Assembly (NCBI RefSeq): GCF_000181795.1
Contig: NW_003526944.1
Span: 2,221,434 to 2,285,433, forward strand
Length of the DNA: 64,000 nucleotides
Source: Trichinella spiralis
Taxonomy: Eukaryota
Direction: 5' to 3'
The position numbers and the translations under genes are program-made. Below, in pieces: positions 27,001 through 39,654 of the stretch. Positions within the stretch are counted from its first letter, which is position 1, and each line of letters opens with the position of its first letter. Below the pieces are notes generated by a model. It saw only the letters and a program-made list of their open reading frames with translations. It made no database searches and was not told where the DNA came from.

Positions 27001-30000
27001 TAAAAAATTTTTCCTTTCTAAATTTGCATGTTTTTTTTCTGTTGTCGCTCAGAGCGTGTACATTGCACCGTTGAAAGCATTGGTTCGAGAAAGGATGAAC
27101 GATTGGAAAACACGATTCGAAGAATTGCTCGGCAAACGGTAATGAACGATCGATTTTCATTTTCCACCACCGTATGTAAATTTTTGTTCGTTTTTTTTAG
27201 AGTTGTAGAATTGACAGGCGACACTAGTCCAGATATCCAAGCTTTGTCCAATGCTGACGTTGTAGTGACTACGCCGGAAAAATGGGATGGCATATCCAGA
27301 AGTTGGCATTCCAGAGCCTACGTGAAACAAGTTGGTCTGATCGTGATTGACGAAATACATCTGTTGGGTATTTTTGTGTTACTGTTACTTTTTGATTTTG
27401 AAAAAATAATAATTTTTTTTTTCATCACAAATTTGAAATTTTCAGGCGAAGACCGGGGACCCGTGTTGGAAGTGATCGTCACTAGAACAAATTTCATTAC
27501 TGCTTCGACAAAACGACCCGTTCGAATTGTTGGCCTGTCAACCGCTTTAGCCAACGCTTCGGATCTAGCTGACTGGCTCGGTATTGGTAAAGTAAGTTCA
27601 GACATTTTTTAAATAATAAATAATCTATTATAATAACGATGCTACTGAGTAGTACTGTTCTACTGGTTTTCGTATTGTATTGTTTAATTTTTCATCTTCG
27701 AGGTTGGCATGTTCAATTTTTCACCTTCCGTTCGTCCCGTTCCTCTGGAAGTGCATATATCTGGCTTTCCGGAAAAGCATTATTGTCCAAGAATGGCAAC
27801 GATGAACAAACCAGCCTTTAAAGGTATATTTACTGAAGAGAAAATCATATTAATTTTTATGAATACGAAAAAAATATATACATATTTTTTGTAGCAATTA
27901 AAGTTTATTCACCTGAAAAGCCAGTGTTGATTTTTGTATCTTCACGACGTCAAACTCGCTTAACAAGCTTTGATTTGATTGCGCATCTCGCTGCCGATGC
28001 TAATCCTAAGCAGTGGTTGAACATGACCAACGAAGAAGTAAGTGAATATTTTTTTTTCTTGTATTATGAATATCACGTTCAAATCGTAATTTTATGAAAA
28101 TGGTTTTCTGTTTTTTCAATTTACTTTATTTTGCAGTTACAAAATTACATTCAACTTGTGCACGATCCGAATCTCAGAATATGTTTGTCTTTTGGTATTG
28201 GTATCCATCATGCTGGCTTGCACGAACATGACCGTAGCATTGTGGAGAATTTGTTTTCCTCTCTGAAAATCCAAGTTCTCGTCTCTACGGCTACTTTGGC
28301 TTGGGGTGTCAATTTTCCGGCTCATTTGGTCATCATCAAAGGCACTGAATATTACGACGGCAAATTGGGCCGCTACGTCGATTTTCCCGTTACAGGTAGG
28401 TGGACAGTGATTTGTTGGATTTGTTGGATTGTCCGAGAAAAAAAATTTATGCTTCACTATCACATTCATTTGGCAGATGTTTTGCAAATGATCGGACGTG
28501 CCGGACGACCGCAGTATGATTCCGAAGCTGTCGCAGTTGTTTTTGTCCACGATGTGAAAAAACCGTTCTATAAGAAATTTTTATACGATCCATTTCCTGT
28601 CGAATCGAGGTAGAATGTGTAATTTTGAAATTTTAAAAATATTCATTTTTTTTAAAAAAATTATTGTCACTTTTAGTCTGCTCAAAGTATTTCCGGATCA
28701 TTTGAATGCGGAAATTGTTGCAGGCACTGTTTCCAACGTGCAACAGGCGATCGATTATTTATCATGGACGTATTTTTTTCGTCGTCTCCTGGCAAATCCG
28801 ACGTATTTTGATGAAAAAAAATACTGGTTGTAATGTTTCTAATGATTTGGTATTTTTTATTTTGCATTTCAGTTTTTATGGTGTGGAAAATTTGGATAAA
28901 GGAAAGGTACAGTCGTATTTGGTCAATGTGATTTTTTCCGCTTTGAGCGCTTTGCTCCAATCGAAATGCATAACAGTTGAAGAGGTGAGGTGAATGATCG
29001 TTACTTTTGTTTATGGTTAAATGATTCACTTGCGCAGGATATGAACACAATTTATTCCACCGTTCCTGGCCGAATCGCGTCGTTCTATTATTTGCACCAT
29101 GCTACGGTCGCGATGTTTCTTCGCCAGATCCAATGCAATTCGACATATGAAGATTTGCTGATGCTTTTGACGGTGAAATTTTCTTCTCTTTTTCCAATAC
29201 TTATTGAAATTTCTACAACAACTGTGCTGTCGATTGATCTATCGTTTAGCAAGTACCTGAATACGATGAAATTCCAGTACGACACAACGAAGACCTCATC
29301 AACGAGTAGAAAAATTAATTTTCTTTTTAATGAAAAAAAAGCAATGAAAATTTAAATTTTTTTTTCATCAAATTTTAAGAGAATTGGCGACTAAATGCGC
29401 GATATTACTGAACGACTCGGCGTTCGACAATTCGCATACAAAAACGCATCTGTTGTACCAGGCTCACTTGCAGCGTCTTGAATTGCCCAACATTGACTAC
29501 GAGACGGATTTGAAATCTGTTCTTGATCAGTCGATTCGTATCTTGCAGGTGGGTAGAATGAAATTTTTGTTTTTTCTTTCCTTTAAAAATTACATTTCTT
29601 TTCCCCTACCCCCAGGCTATGGTGGATATTTCCGCGGAACGAGGTTGGCTTGCTACAACACTTCGTGTGATTGGTTTGATGCAGATGATTGTCCAGGCTC
29701 GGTGGATCACCGATCCACCGTTGAGCACGCTGCCTCACGTTAGCTTGTACACGGCGCGATGTTTGTCTTCTAGGTAGCGATTGTATTTTGAAATTATTTT
29801 GTCATTTGTGCAGTTATTCTGATTAATTATTATTATTATTATTTTGCAATTCAAGATGCGGGCTAGATACTCTTCCACAATTGGCTGAACAGCATCGGCA
29901 GGATAGTCAATTTTTACTGAAAAATGCTTACCAGCTGTTGAATCCGAATGAATTGCAACTAGTGAGTGTTTTCCATTTTTATTATTATTATCCTTTTGCA

Positions 30001-30686
30001 ATTTTCTTTTTTTTGTGAAAATTTATAATCAGTTATCTATCATCATATTTTAATTTATTTGTTCATTCATCATGCTTCACTGTTGCCTAGTGTTAATTGT
30101 TCATTTCACAGGTTGGTGATGTGCTACGGCGACTACCAGTGATCAAAATTTCAATGACACTGCAATGCAAATCTGGAAAACACCAATTGTTGAACAATTT
30201 TTCAAAAGGTTCGGATCATTTATTTTTTGAAAAATTTGAATTATTTTTCAATTTTGTATGATTTTGTTTTGTTTTTTCAGGTTCGAATATTTCCTGGAAT
30301 CCAGTCACTGTTGGTGAAGAGTGCGTGTTGTGCGTCGAATTGCAATCATTAAACTTGGTAAAAAGAGACTTGTTTTGAAACAGCATTGTTTTGATGTTAT
30401 ACAGTTTTTTTTTGATTTTCATTTCTAGCGACAAGATAGTCGTGCGTATGCACCGAAATTTCCCAAAGCCAAACATGAATCTTGGTTTTTGGTATTGGGA
30501 TGTATCGATAGCGGGGAAATTTTGGCATTGCGACGTGTCGCTTCATTTCTATCCCAGACGATTGTCAATTTGTCATTTACAGCTCCGAAGACAGTTGGTC
30601 GTTGCATTTGTACCTTGTACTTGATGAGCGATTCCTATATTGGGCTCGATCAACAGTACGATGTTCATTTGAATGTTGAAGAATAG
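15811..30686 (+). CDS. ASCC3: ASCC3 tandem Ski2-like DExH helicase (two helicase+Sec63 cassettes); multi-exon; exons in 16876-20027 are duplicated by the assembly
   Basis: Cassette 1: [45 protein letters not shown]. Cassette 2: [75 protein letters not shown] is ASCC3-like rather than Brr2-like. Ends [21 protein letters not shown]. Start codon uncertain. Confidence 0.92.
17798..17817 (+). repeat. (TG)10 microsatellite, intronic
   Basis: Read directly; the equivalent position in copy 2 is (TG)20. Confidence 0.95.
18625..20027 (-). CDS. Partial (5'-truncated at the gap) duplicate of the nested intronic gene
   Basis: ORF 19411-20052 matches the corresponding part of ORF 22605-23408, and the downstream exons are also duplicated. 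Confidence 0.6.
20028..20037. other. Assembly gap (10 N)
   Basis: Run of n's. The ~80 bases after it are an error-rich version of 16876-16960, typical of a low-quality read end. Confidence 0.99.
20038..23221 (+). repeat. Copy 2 of the ~3.15-kb duplication
   Basis: Matches 16876-20027 and continues into unique sequence (rest of the nested gene and of ASCC3). Confidence 0.95.
20967..21006 (+). repeat. (TG)20 microsatellite, intronic
   Basis: Read directly. Confidence 0.95.
21814..23348 (-). CDS. Nested antisense 5-exon gene in ASCC3 intron 21675-23585; Lys-rich protein with a degenerate RhoGAP-like segment
   Basis: A long first exon ([10 protein letters not shown]...NNYE) is followed by four GT-AG-joinable exons ending [20 protein letters not shown]. 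The segment [29 protein letters not shown]...NLLPCLY...[10 protein letters not shown] resembles the C-terminal helices of RhoGAP domains. Confidence 0.7.
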
Positions 30687-31490
30687 ATTGTGCTGTTTTT
30701 TCTTTTACTCGAACAATTTATCAAATTCTCAGTTTGGTACAGATAGAATTGTATGGATTATTTTCAATTTTTTTTCTTTATTTCATAATTTGATGCTGAA
30801 CTTTTATTTTAAGAATACGGTAATAAAGTTTGCTTATACTTGCGAATCATACATTACTGTGTTTTGCCGACGTTGAGTTGAACAGCTGAGCAGGTTAAAC
30901 ATACAGAGGTGTATCAGTATGATTTTTTTTTGTCGTTGATAAATTTTAAAGCTTGAGGAATTTCAACGAATATTAATTGATGATTTTGTTTATTGGCAAA
31001 GAATTTTTCATTTTATTCAATAATGTTCATTGCTTTAGTTTAGGTTTTTCTGTAGAACAACCAAACTAGCATTGCGTACAAAATTGTTTCAGTCGAATTT
31101 TTTTAGGTGAATTTCTTAAATGCTACTCATTCTTTTTGCACAACGTAGCAATTTGATAAACTGTTATTTTATTTTTCGTATTATTTGTTCAGAAATCATT
31201 TGATAGTTGGAATTGAAATTTATTTTTCCTCTTCATTGCACTTATTATTATTATTATTATTTGTCGGCTCGATTAGACGTTCACTTTTTATCTCGCGTTA
31301 ATATTTGTGATTGTTGATTTGTTTGCTTCTACTGAACAAAGTTTTCCTGCTCAGCGCATGTTTCGTCAAAAACGGTTCAAATTCTAATTCAAATCAACGT
31401 CAGCGTCCTATTAATTTTATCATTATTACCGTAATGTTTTAGAATTTAAATTTTTTAATTTCACTTTTGAACAGAACTTTTTTTTTGCCA

Positions 31491-33411
31491 ATGACCAACT
31501 TGACGACAATGTTGTCTCGTCGTTGCTTTTCAAATTTTCGCAAAATGTTCTCAACCGCCGCACAGTCGATCGTTGGTGACGAGTCATTTTACAGGGGTGG
31601 AATGTGTTTCGGTATGCGTGTGTTTTTTTCTGTTTGGACAGTTTGGACTAATGTTGGACACAATTTAACCATTTTAGAATTGAGTGCTGAAGCGAAAGAA
31701 TTTCAAAATACTGCGATGAAATTTGCCAAAGAGGAAATTATTCCCAAAGCAGCTCATTTCGACCGTACTGGAGAGGTGATTTTTTTTATTGTTTAGTTTT
31801 ATTTCTTAGTAATCAGAATTTTAGTATCCAATGGAAATTATCAAAAATGCTTGGAAACTTGGTCTATCCGGTACTGAAATACCCCAACAGTACGGTAGGT
31901 AACATTGTCTGTATGTTTTGCTGAAAAGCAACAATGCCGTACTGATATGCTCATGTCTACTAGGTGGTCTCGGTTTGAGCTTGCTGGAATCTGTTGTCAT
32001 TGCTGAAGCGTTGTCTTACGGATGCACCGGTATTTCAACGGCGATCATGGGTAACGGGCTTGCGGTACGGGCAGTGTTTGTTGTTTTAATATACCTGACT
32101 TTTAGTCTATTATTCAGTTGTTTTTATTTAATTGCACAGGAAGCACCGGTAATTATAGCTGGAAATGAGGCGCAGAAAAACAAATTTTTACGTCGAATGA
32201 CCGAAGAACCGCTGTTGGCTGCATATTGTGTCACAGAACCGGGTGCTGGATCCGATGTAGCAGGTGTGAAGACGAAACTCACAAAAAAAGGTAATTTATG
32301 ATTAATTATTCAATTAATTAAGTTATTCATTTGTTATCTAGGTGACGAATATATTTTGAACGGACAAAAAATGTGGATAACGAACGGCGGCTACGCGAAT
32401 TGGTTTTTTGTACTTGCCCGTTCGCATCCTGATCCAGATGCCCCTGCATCGCAGGCGTTTACCGCTTTGCTTGTCGAAGGTGATTCGAAAGGTGTAGTTC
32501 GTGGAAAAAAGGCAACGCTGTGTTTTTTTCTTTTATTTCATATTTTATTATTATTAGTAGTAGTAGTATTTGTATGTTTTCATTTTCGATATTTCTAGGA
32601 ATGGAACATGGGTCAACGTTGTAGTGATACACGTGGTATTTCATTTGAAGATGTCATCGTTCCAAAGGAGGTGAGTTGTTTTTTCTTCTTTTTTCAAACA
32701 CTAAAACCTTTATACTACTCGGTTTAATGATAATAATAATAATTGAATAGTTTATTAATACTGTTGGTTTTTGATCAATTTGTAGAATATTTTGGGTGAA
32801 ATGGGCACTGGTTTTAAAATTGTCATGGGCGCGTTCGACCGCACTCGTCCTGGTGTAAGTTTTTTAAATGTTTCTTTCTTTCTTTCTTTCTTTTTTAAAT
32901 TGATTTTTATTTTTTTTAATTTCAAGGTTGCTGCCGCTGCTGTTGGATTAGCATGGCGAGCGATGGACGAGGCGAAAAAATATGCAACCGAACGTCGAAC
33001 TTTCGGCGTTCCAATTGCTCATCATCAGTCGATTGCATTCATGCTTGCCGATATGGCCATCGGAGTGGAAACTGCTCGTATGATAACTTACAAATCCGCC
33101 TGGGAAACTGATTGTGGTCGAAGAAACAGTTATTGCGCTTCTATTGCAAAAGCTTACGCTTCTGACGTTGCGAACAAATGCGCTACGGATGCTGTTCAGG
33201 TTGGTAATTTTTTGATCTATTTATTAATTATAATCATAATATTTATTTATTTATTTATGGTAATCAGATTTTGGGTGGAAATGGTTTCAACAGTGAATAT
33301 CCGGTGGAAAAATTAATGCGCGATGCGAAGATTTTTCAAATTTACGAAGGAACTTCACAAATTCAACGATTGATTATTTCAAGGCAGCTGTTGTCTCAAC
33401 ATGAATCATAA
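31491..33411 (+). CDS. ACADM: Medium-chain acyl-CoA dehydrogenase, mitochondrial
   Basis: Arg/Ser-rich transit peptide; [62 protein letters not shown] with the MCAD-type catalytic Glu. Confidence 0.93.
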
Positions 33412-33875
33412 TAATATGGAATTGGTCATTTATAAATGATAAAAGAAATCAGGCATGTTACTTAGTCAGGTAGTTAGTTATGCGTATATTTTCTTCTAGC
33501 ACAGCATAAATTCAGTGCAGCGCGGATATGTTCTCTTCCGGTTGGTTGGTTGGTTGGTTGATGTATTCAATTTTTCACTGCCTCTTGTTAATTCTATTAA
33601 TTCAATTATTCAAATTGTTGTCAATTTTGGGAATCCGACATTTATTTAAACATTCATATGGGTTTATTATTGAATGACAATGGATTTTTTGTTTTACGAA
33701 AATACTTTCGAATAAAAATGATGATTTCTACAAATATATCATCTATTCATTATTGTTGTTGTGGTAGTTTTGCGAATGTTGTTTGTGAACAACATATTAT
33801 ACTTGTTCAATTTGTAAAAGTGTTGTTATAAAAAATTGATATTTTTATTAATATGTGAAAAGAAGAAAGAAAAAA

Positions 33876-34439
33876 ATGGTATCCGAGCAAATTCTTCCAG
33901 CGGATCAACTTATTGTAGGACATGTGAACGATGCGGTGCGGATGTTCAATCAGTGCGTCGAATCTACAAAGTAATAAATTTATTTAATTAATAAGTGTGT
34001 ATTGTTATAAAATTAGTTGAATTGTTTGTTCGTTGTTGTGTGTGAAATGCAAATTTTATTCAATTTCAAAAATTTTCAAATTATTAGGAAAAGCCAAGAT
34101 GAGGTCACCGCTTTGATTGACAAAATTATTGCTGGTAAGTCAAGTATTTATTTATTTATTTATTTATTTATATTCCTTTTCATTTGTATTTATTCTGTGT
34201 TTAATAGATTTGAATTTTATTCGTCAACAAACGGCAAAGGATGATTTTGACATTGAAGTACCACTCCGCAGTCTTCGTGATTGTAAGAAACGATTATCTG
34301 TGGTGTGCAGTATTTTGAACAATCTCAGGGTAAATTAATGCAAATTTGATTGTTGTGTTGTTCTTTTCTTTTTTACATTTATTGCTTTATTTAGGAACGT
34401 TTGAAAAATTTACTATCTTCTTGTAATCCTGTCCAATAG
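33876..34439 (+). CDS. SNAPIN: Snapin / BLOC-1 subunit-like coiled-coil protein (4 exons)
   Basis: The spliced product MVSEQILPADQLIVGHVNDAVRMFNQCVESTKKSQDEVTALIDKIIADLNFIRQQTAKDDFDIEVPLRSLRDCKKRLSVVCSILNNLRERLKNL fits the Snapin pattern (..V..SQ.EL...ID.L..EL...DL..Y..KL...R.RV..VN.IL...QERL..L). Confidence 0.75.
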
Positions 34440-36787
34440 AAGTGTTGAAAATGTGTTGCTTTTCACCTTTACTCTGCTACAATCGCAAGACTGCATCATT
34501 GGTATTTTTTACATTTTTTTTAAATTTGTTATTACTTTTCTGTTTTAATTCATATTTTCTGGGGTAAATTTTTCACATTTTACGGGTTTGATGTTTCTCA
34601 TTTTTGGTTCATTCTCATCTTTTCATTCATTCATCCGAGATGATTGAGTTTTCTTTATTGCATAGTTGTGCAATTTTCAATTTTCTCCTTCTTCTTCATC
34701 TTCTTCTTCCATGCACAAGCATAGTTAGTTGTATTGTGTGTGGTTGTTGTTCTATTGAAATTATAACAAGGTTGCAGTTGTTAAGCTCTATGTGACAAGC
34801 AAATTTGATTTTTGCTTCATTCTACGTTTTACACGATGTAGAAAAATAATTTTCTTTTCATTTTGCAACACTGATCAATGATATGTCGCTATTGTTGTGT
34901 AGAATTTATTGAGAAAATTAAATATGAACAACATTTTTAATTTAATTTCTTCCCCATTTGAATGATTACGATCTTATTTTTCAAGTGCGGTTACTGTAGC
35001 AGTGGAGTGAAGATTTTTGTTTTACTGTAGATTGTAGAATGAAAAAGAAGTTCATGATGATTAGTTTGGTATAATTTGGTCAGTTTGGAAATAATTAGTG
35101 GTTAGCATTTAAAATTTCATGTATTAGTTTGGTTTTTTTTTCTGCACATTCAGCGTTGAATGGTATTTCAAAAGCAATTGCAAAGAACTAACGGTGGTTG
35201 AATTGAACAATAAAATATGCAAATTTTCACTTGTTCAACTGAAATTCACTCTTATCACAGTTGATCAACGATATATGTTTATGAATTTTTTTTAAAATAC
35301 TTTCTTTACTGGTGATGATTTTTTTGCGTTGCAAAATTGCACTTCGTGAGAAATTATTTATGAAATTTCACATTCGCGTTTTGAAGAGCAAATTAAATTT
35401 GTACAACGTGGCGTGCGCCGCGGTTATCTTTTTATTTTTAATCATCAATCGTGTAATAAATAGAAAAATTGAATTGCTGCAGAAGTGAAATTGAAAAATA
35501 ATCACCAATGTGACCACCGGCAGCTGAGTGTAGCAGTTTATACATGAGAAGTCATGATGAGATTTTAAGACAGATTCAATAATTGACTGTGGTGTAATAA
35601 AAAGTTAAAATCAATCAATTCATTTCCCAAAAGCATGGGGTTCTAATTTTCATCAGTCATCACCACATTGTTTGCGTATTTTCTTTTAATTGTTCAATTG
35701 CATCGATGCCAATTGTGTACACTGTTTAAAATTTGCATATCTAAACGTATATGTGATAAGTGATCTTTTAATTGGGTTCTAAAATTGAATTGAAAATTCA
35801 ATTCGTGACAACTGGAAATAGTTGAATTGAAATGGAACTTTTTATATAATGATAAATTGCATATTTTGCAGTGTTGTATGGGAGGTGCTTGTTGACAAAT
35901 TTCTTGATCATTTGAGTGTGGTCGACTGAATTTTGCTCGTTGTTCACTTTTGCAATTTCGTTATCAATTTCAACTGCACTTGACATGTTCAATTGAAAGC
36001 ATATACAATGCACATCAAGTTCAGTGTTATTATCCAGCGTGTTAGATGGGCGTGTGTGTGCTTTCTATTGCGAAGGAGGTGGGTGGGGCTGAGAGGGGGA
36101 GAGAGAGAGAGAAATAAGTTTTGCCACTTTTCTCATCACTCAATAAATTTTTGAAATGTATGCTCAAAAAAAATTAATAATTCAAGTAGATTTAAAATGG
36201 CACCATGATGAATGACATGTTGAATTTTAGTTGAAATCACTGAGAATAGCATTAACGTTGACGGTAATATAATTGCATTAATGTAAAGAAAAGCATTTCC
36301 TTTTTGCCGATTAAGTCGAAACTGAAAATAAGCTTTATACTCACTCGGTCTCTTGTCATCTCTCAGCTTATTAGTGAAAATATCCAGCGATTGTTGAAAA
36401 AGGCGATCCGAAGCATCATTTGTTGTGTTCAGATTGATTTTCTTTTTTCTATTCATTTCTCCCTCTTTTGTTGGTCGTCATATTTCGCTTTAGCATGCAT
36501 TTGGTTAGCATATTATTATTGTGTTGTGCGGATATTTCGCACATTCTGTGAATGAGAAGAACATTTGTTTTTGACAAGAAAACAAAAAAAAAGAGCACAA
36601 TTTAAAACTAAAACCAATTTATGAAATAGCTTCATTTGTGTTGCTTAATTTTTTTATAACATTGTGCTGTTGTTGTTGTTGTTGTTGTTGATTGTCGGTT
36701 GTCTTGGTGACAACTTCTGTGTGCACAAATCTTGGGTGGAGGGTACACACGTTGGTCCTGGCAAAAAGCAGTGTTTCCACCTTGCGT

Positions 36788-36818
36788 ACCAGATGGCATT
36801 TCCAGCGCCATCTGGTGA
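36788..36818. promoter_or_regulatory. Perfect 10-bp inverted repeat ACCAGATGGC-N9-GCCATCTGGT; CTCF-like or paired E-box sites
   Basis: Read directly. The minus strand reads TCACCAGATGGCGCTG; it lies about 190 bp upstream of the Ly6 ATG. Confidence 0.45.
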
Positions 36819-37000
36819 ATGATACAAATTTCTCTCCTCGGTAAGAGGTGTGTGCTTTTGATGACTGACTGATATAATAAATAGACTGGTGAGCATAGCA
36901 GTACAACGAGCCTACGAAACAGCGTTGAAAACAGCGGCCAAGCATCATCATCATTATTATTATTATTATTATTTATCATTATTGGGAGAAATTGTCGGTG

Positions 37001-37564
37001 ATGGAAACGGCTTGTCGGCCGTTGTTAGCGTTGGTTATTGTTGTTTGCATTCCGGCCGTGTTGACAATACGTTGCCAAATTTGCAAACGTACCGAAGCGT
37101 CGCTGGTTCCTGGTAGCATAGCAAACAGTGTTTTCGTGTTCGACGCCACCAGAGACGACTGCGACACCGAGCCGGTCCACTGTTTGCCCGAGGAACGATT
37201 TTGCCTCGGTGCATGGGCGGAGCTGGCCCCGGGGCGCCATTGGGTTCAGAAGGGCTGCATTTCTGCCTCGGCCGACGGTCACGGTCTCGGCTGTACCGCG
37301 GAACCACTGCAACTGCGTCAAAATGGCAACCATTTTTTGCACCAGCTGACAGCCGACGTGCGCAACGTTACCATGATAGTATGCGTTTGCAACAGTGGTG
37401 ATTTTTGCAACGCCGGTTCTGTGCAAGCTGCTCACCAACGTCTCACCGCTTTCACCGCCACTGGTGGTACAGTTTCCCAAAGAGCATGCTGTTATTGTTC
37501 ACTTTTACGGCTTTACTATTTCATCTTTTTCTGGCCATTTCTATTGATGATCAACAATCACTGA
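37001..37564 (+). CDS. Ly6/uPAR (three-finger) domain protein, probably GPI-anchored; intronless
   Basis: Signal peptide (LLALVIVVCIPAVLT), then IRCQIC..., WVQKGC and CVCNSGDFCN (the CxxxxCN signature), and a hydrophobic C-terminal tail. Confidence 0.8.
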   Translation: METACRPLLALVIVVCIPAVLTIRCQICKRTEASLVPGSIANSVFVFDATRDDCDTEPVHCLPEERFCLGAWAELAPGRHWVQKGCISASADGHGLGCTAEPLQLRQNGNHFLHQLTADVRNVTMIVCVCNSGDFCNAGSVQAAHQRLTAFTATGGTVSQRACCYCSLLRLYYFIFFWPFLLMINNH

Positions 37565-38939
37565 TAGCCCAATTTAAGCAATCACCCACTGTCCATTTCC
37601 ATATTTATTATATATTTGCATTTTTTTGGCTTTTCATTCCAGGCGCGTACAGATACTTTGTATAGCATGCATACAGCAGACTGTAACTGCTACAGATTGT
37701 TCCACTTGCCGGTGCTTTTCTTTTCTCATCAATATCTAATATTCACACACGCGCACCCTATATATATTTATACATTCCTTTTTGGTATTTTAATATCATT
37801 TGCAAAAGTGAAATGTTTCTTCTTTATTAATTTGTTACAAATAAACAGCACCAGTGAAATATTACTACCGATCTACTAGCGACAAAGCAGTAATCATTTT
37901 TTTAATTTTTCTTAATTTTTTGGCTTGAATTATTTTTTTCAATCAACGTCAATTGTCATTTTTTGTTGTTTAAACAAGCAGCCATAAGTGTGAGAAGTTA
38001 GTTGGGGAAAAAGGATTTTGATTATTTCCATTGTGAAGTTTTGTGTGTGTTTTGTTGAAATATAAATCCATCCATCATATATATATATATATATACTGAA
38101 TGTCTGATTATTGCGTTTCAGTTCAGAGTGGAGTTGATGTAGCCGTTGTCGTTTTTGTACTCTTTCTAGACCACTTCATAACATCAAAAATGAATGGCAT
38201 TTGGCGTCCATTAGTGTGGCTATAATTCAACGTAGATGACATTTAGCTTGATGACAGCTGTCAGACTTTGTCAGTGGACTTTTTTTTGTCTCTTTCTTTA
38301 ACATTGAGCTTATCTGAGGTAATCCATCCATCTTGGGGCGTTTTCTTTTCTTTTCTGTTGCTTTAACTCATGACTGTTGTTTTACTTAATTAATTCAAGC
38401 AATAACTATTATGAATAAATACAAGAATATGTGTATACGGCGGCGACGAATTGTACAAACATGCTTATGAAAACTACACTTCAATTGAGCAAACATAATT
38501 CAATATTGCAGATTATGTGCAGAATAAATATAATTTGTTTAATTTAATGATATTTTCAGATGTAACATCTCTTCCTTGTCTTGTTAAGGTACCAATCAGT
38601 GGTTTTTGTTTTGCGTTTTGAAAAACAGTGAGAGGTAGATTTTTCAGATCGATCACTCATTGCGTTTTGATCAGATGAGTGTTGTTAGGCGTTGGATGTC
38701 ATTAATAGGCACTGACGTGCAGTTTATAGCGGCTGCTAATATCCATTTACTTATTAGCGAGCGTGTTGCAGTCAAAGAGGAAATGTTGTGAATTAGCGGA
38801 ACTTTGAAGAGAGTTGTTCAACTTTTATTCAATCTACATGAAATGAATATTATTAGTTGATAAATAATACAATAAAATTATTTATTACTTCAACTCAAAA
38901 CTCGCTTCTCATGCTGATAATAAATTATACAAACATACA

Positions 38940-38958
38940 GAGAGAGAGAGAGAGAGAG
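38940..38958 (+). repeat. (GA)n microsatellite
   Basis: Read directly. Confidence 0.85.
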
Positions 38959-39654
38959 TATGCTGGGTTTTATTTTAAATCAAAAAAGAAGACAAAACAA
39001 AAAAGTTTAATTTTTAATATTTATGCATTTGTTTAATTGTTCAGCTGCACGCATGCACTGAATTGTTGTTGGTGATGACTTATTGATGCTTTTTGCAGAT
39101 TAGTGTGGTTGATGTGAAAACTGCATCCCAATTTGTTCGTTTCAGTACGACAGAATTTCTACTAGTAAGTTCATTTTTGCATTACTGTTGTTTTGCACAT
39201 TATTTATAATTATTGCTCTCGGGTAAGTAAATTCATCGAAAAAAAGTTAATCAAAGTAAGCATTGTCGTCACATTGGCATCATTTTATTAATTTAATTCA
39301 GTGATCAGATCAAGCAAAATTATGATGCTTTTATCATTCATCATTTTTACTAGTACAGTATGCAGTTGATTATCTTCTATCTTCCTGGAATCATTCATTC
39401 AGTTTTATAAATTTTACTCGCTACTGTTGATTATTCGCACGCCAAAAAAAAAGAAACATGAAAAACTTTTATTCTTCTAATAAAGTGGAAGCACCGAACA
39501 ATGAACAGCAAACAACAACAACATCAGCAGCAACAAAATTCATTAAGATGAATGACTAGAGAGAGCAATAGGAAAATGAATTATTGAAAGCAAAAAGAAA
39601 AAATGCCACCCGTGCCAAGGATTTTATCTATATACGTTGCAGTTCTGTACAGTT

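Noticed and set aside
15811..30686. Brr2/SNRNP200 assignment
   Set aside because: The second cassette keeps intact GKT/DEIH motifs and the ASCC3-type [12 protein letters not shown] segment.
36619..36979. Minus-strand ORFs with poly-Q, poly-N and poly-T runs
   Set aside because: They arise from TTG/TAT/CAT trinucleotide microsatellites and show no domain or splice support.
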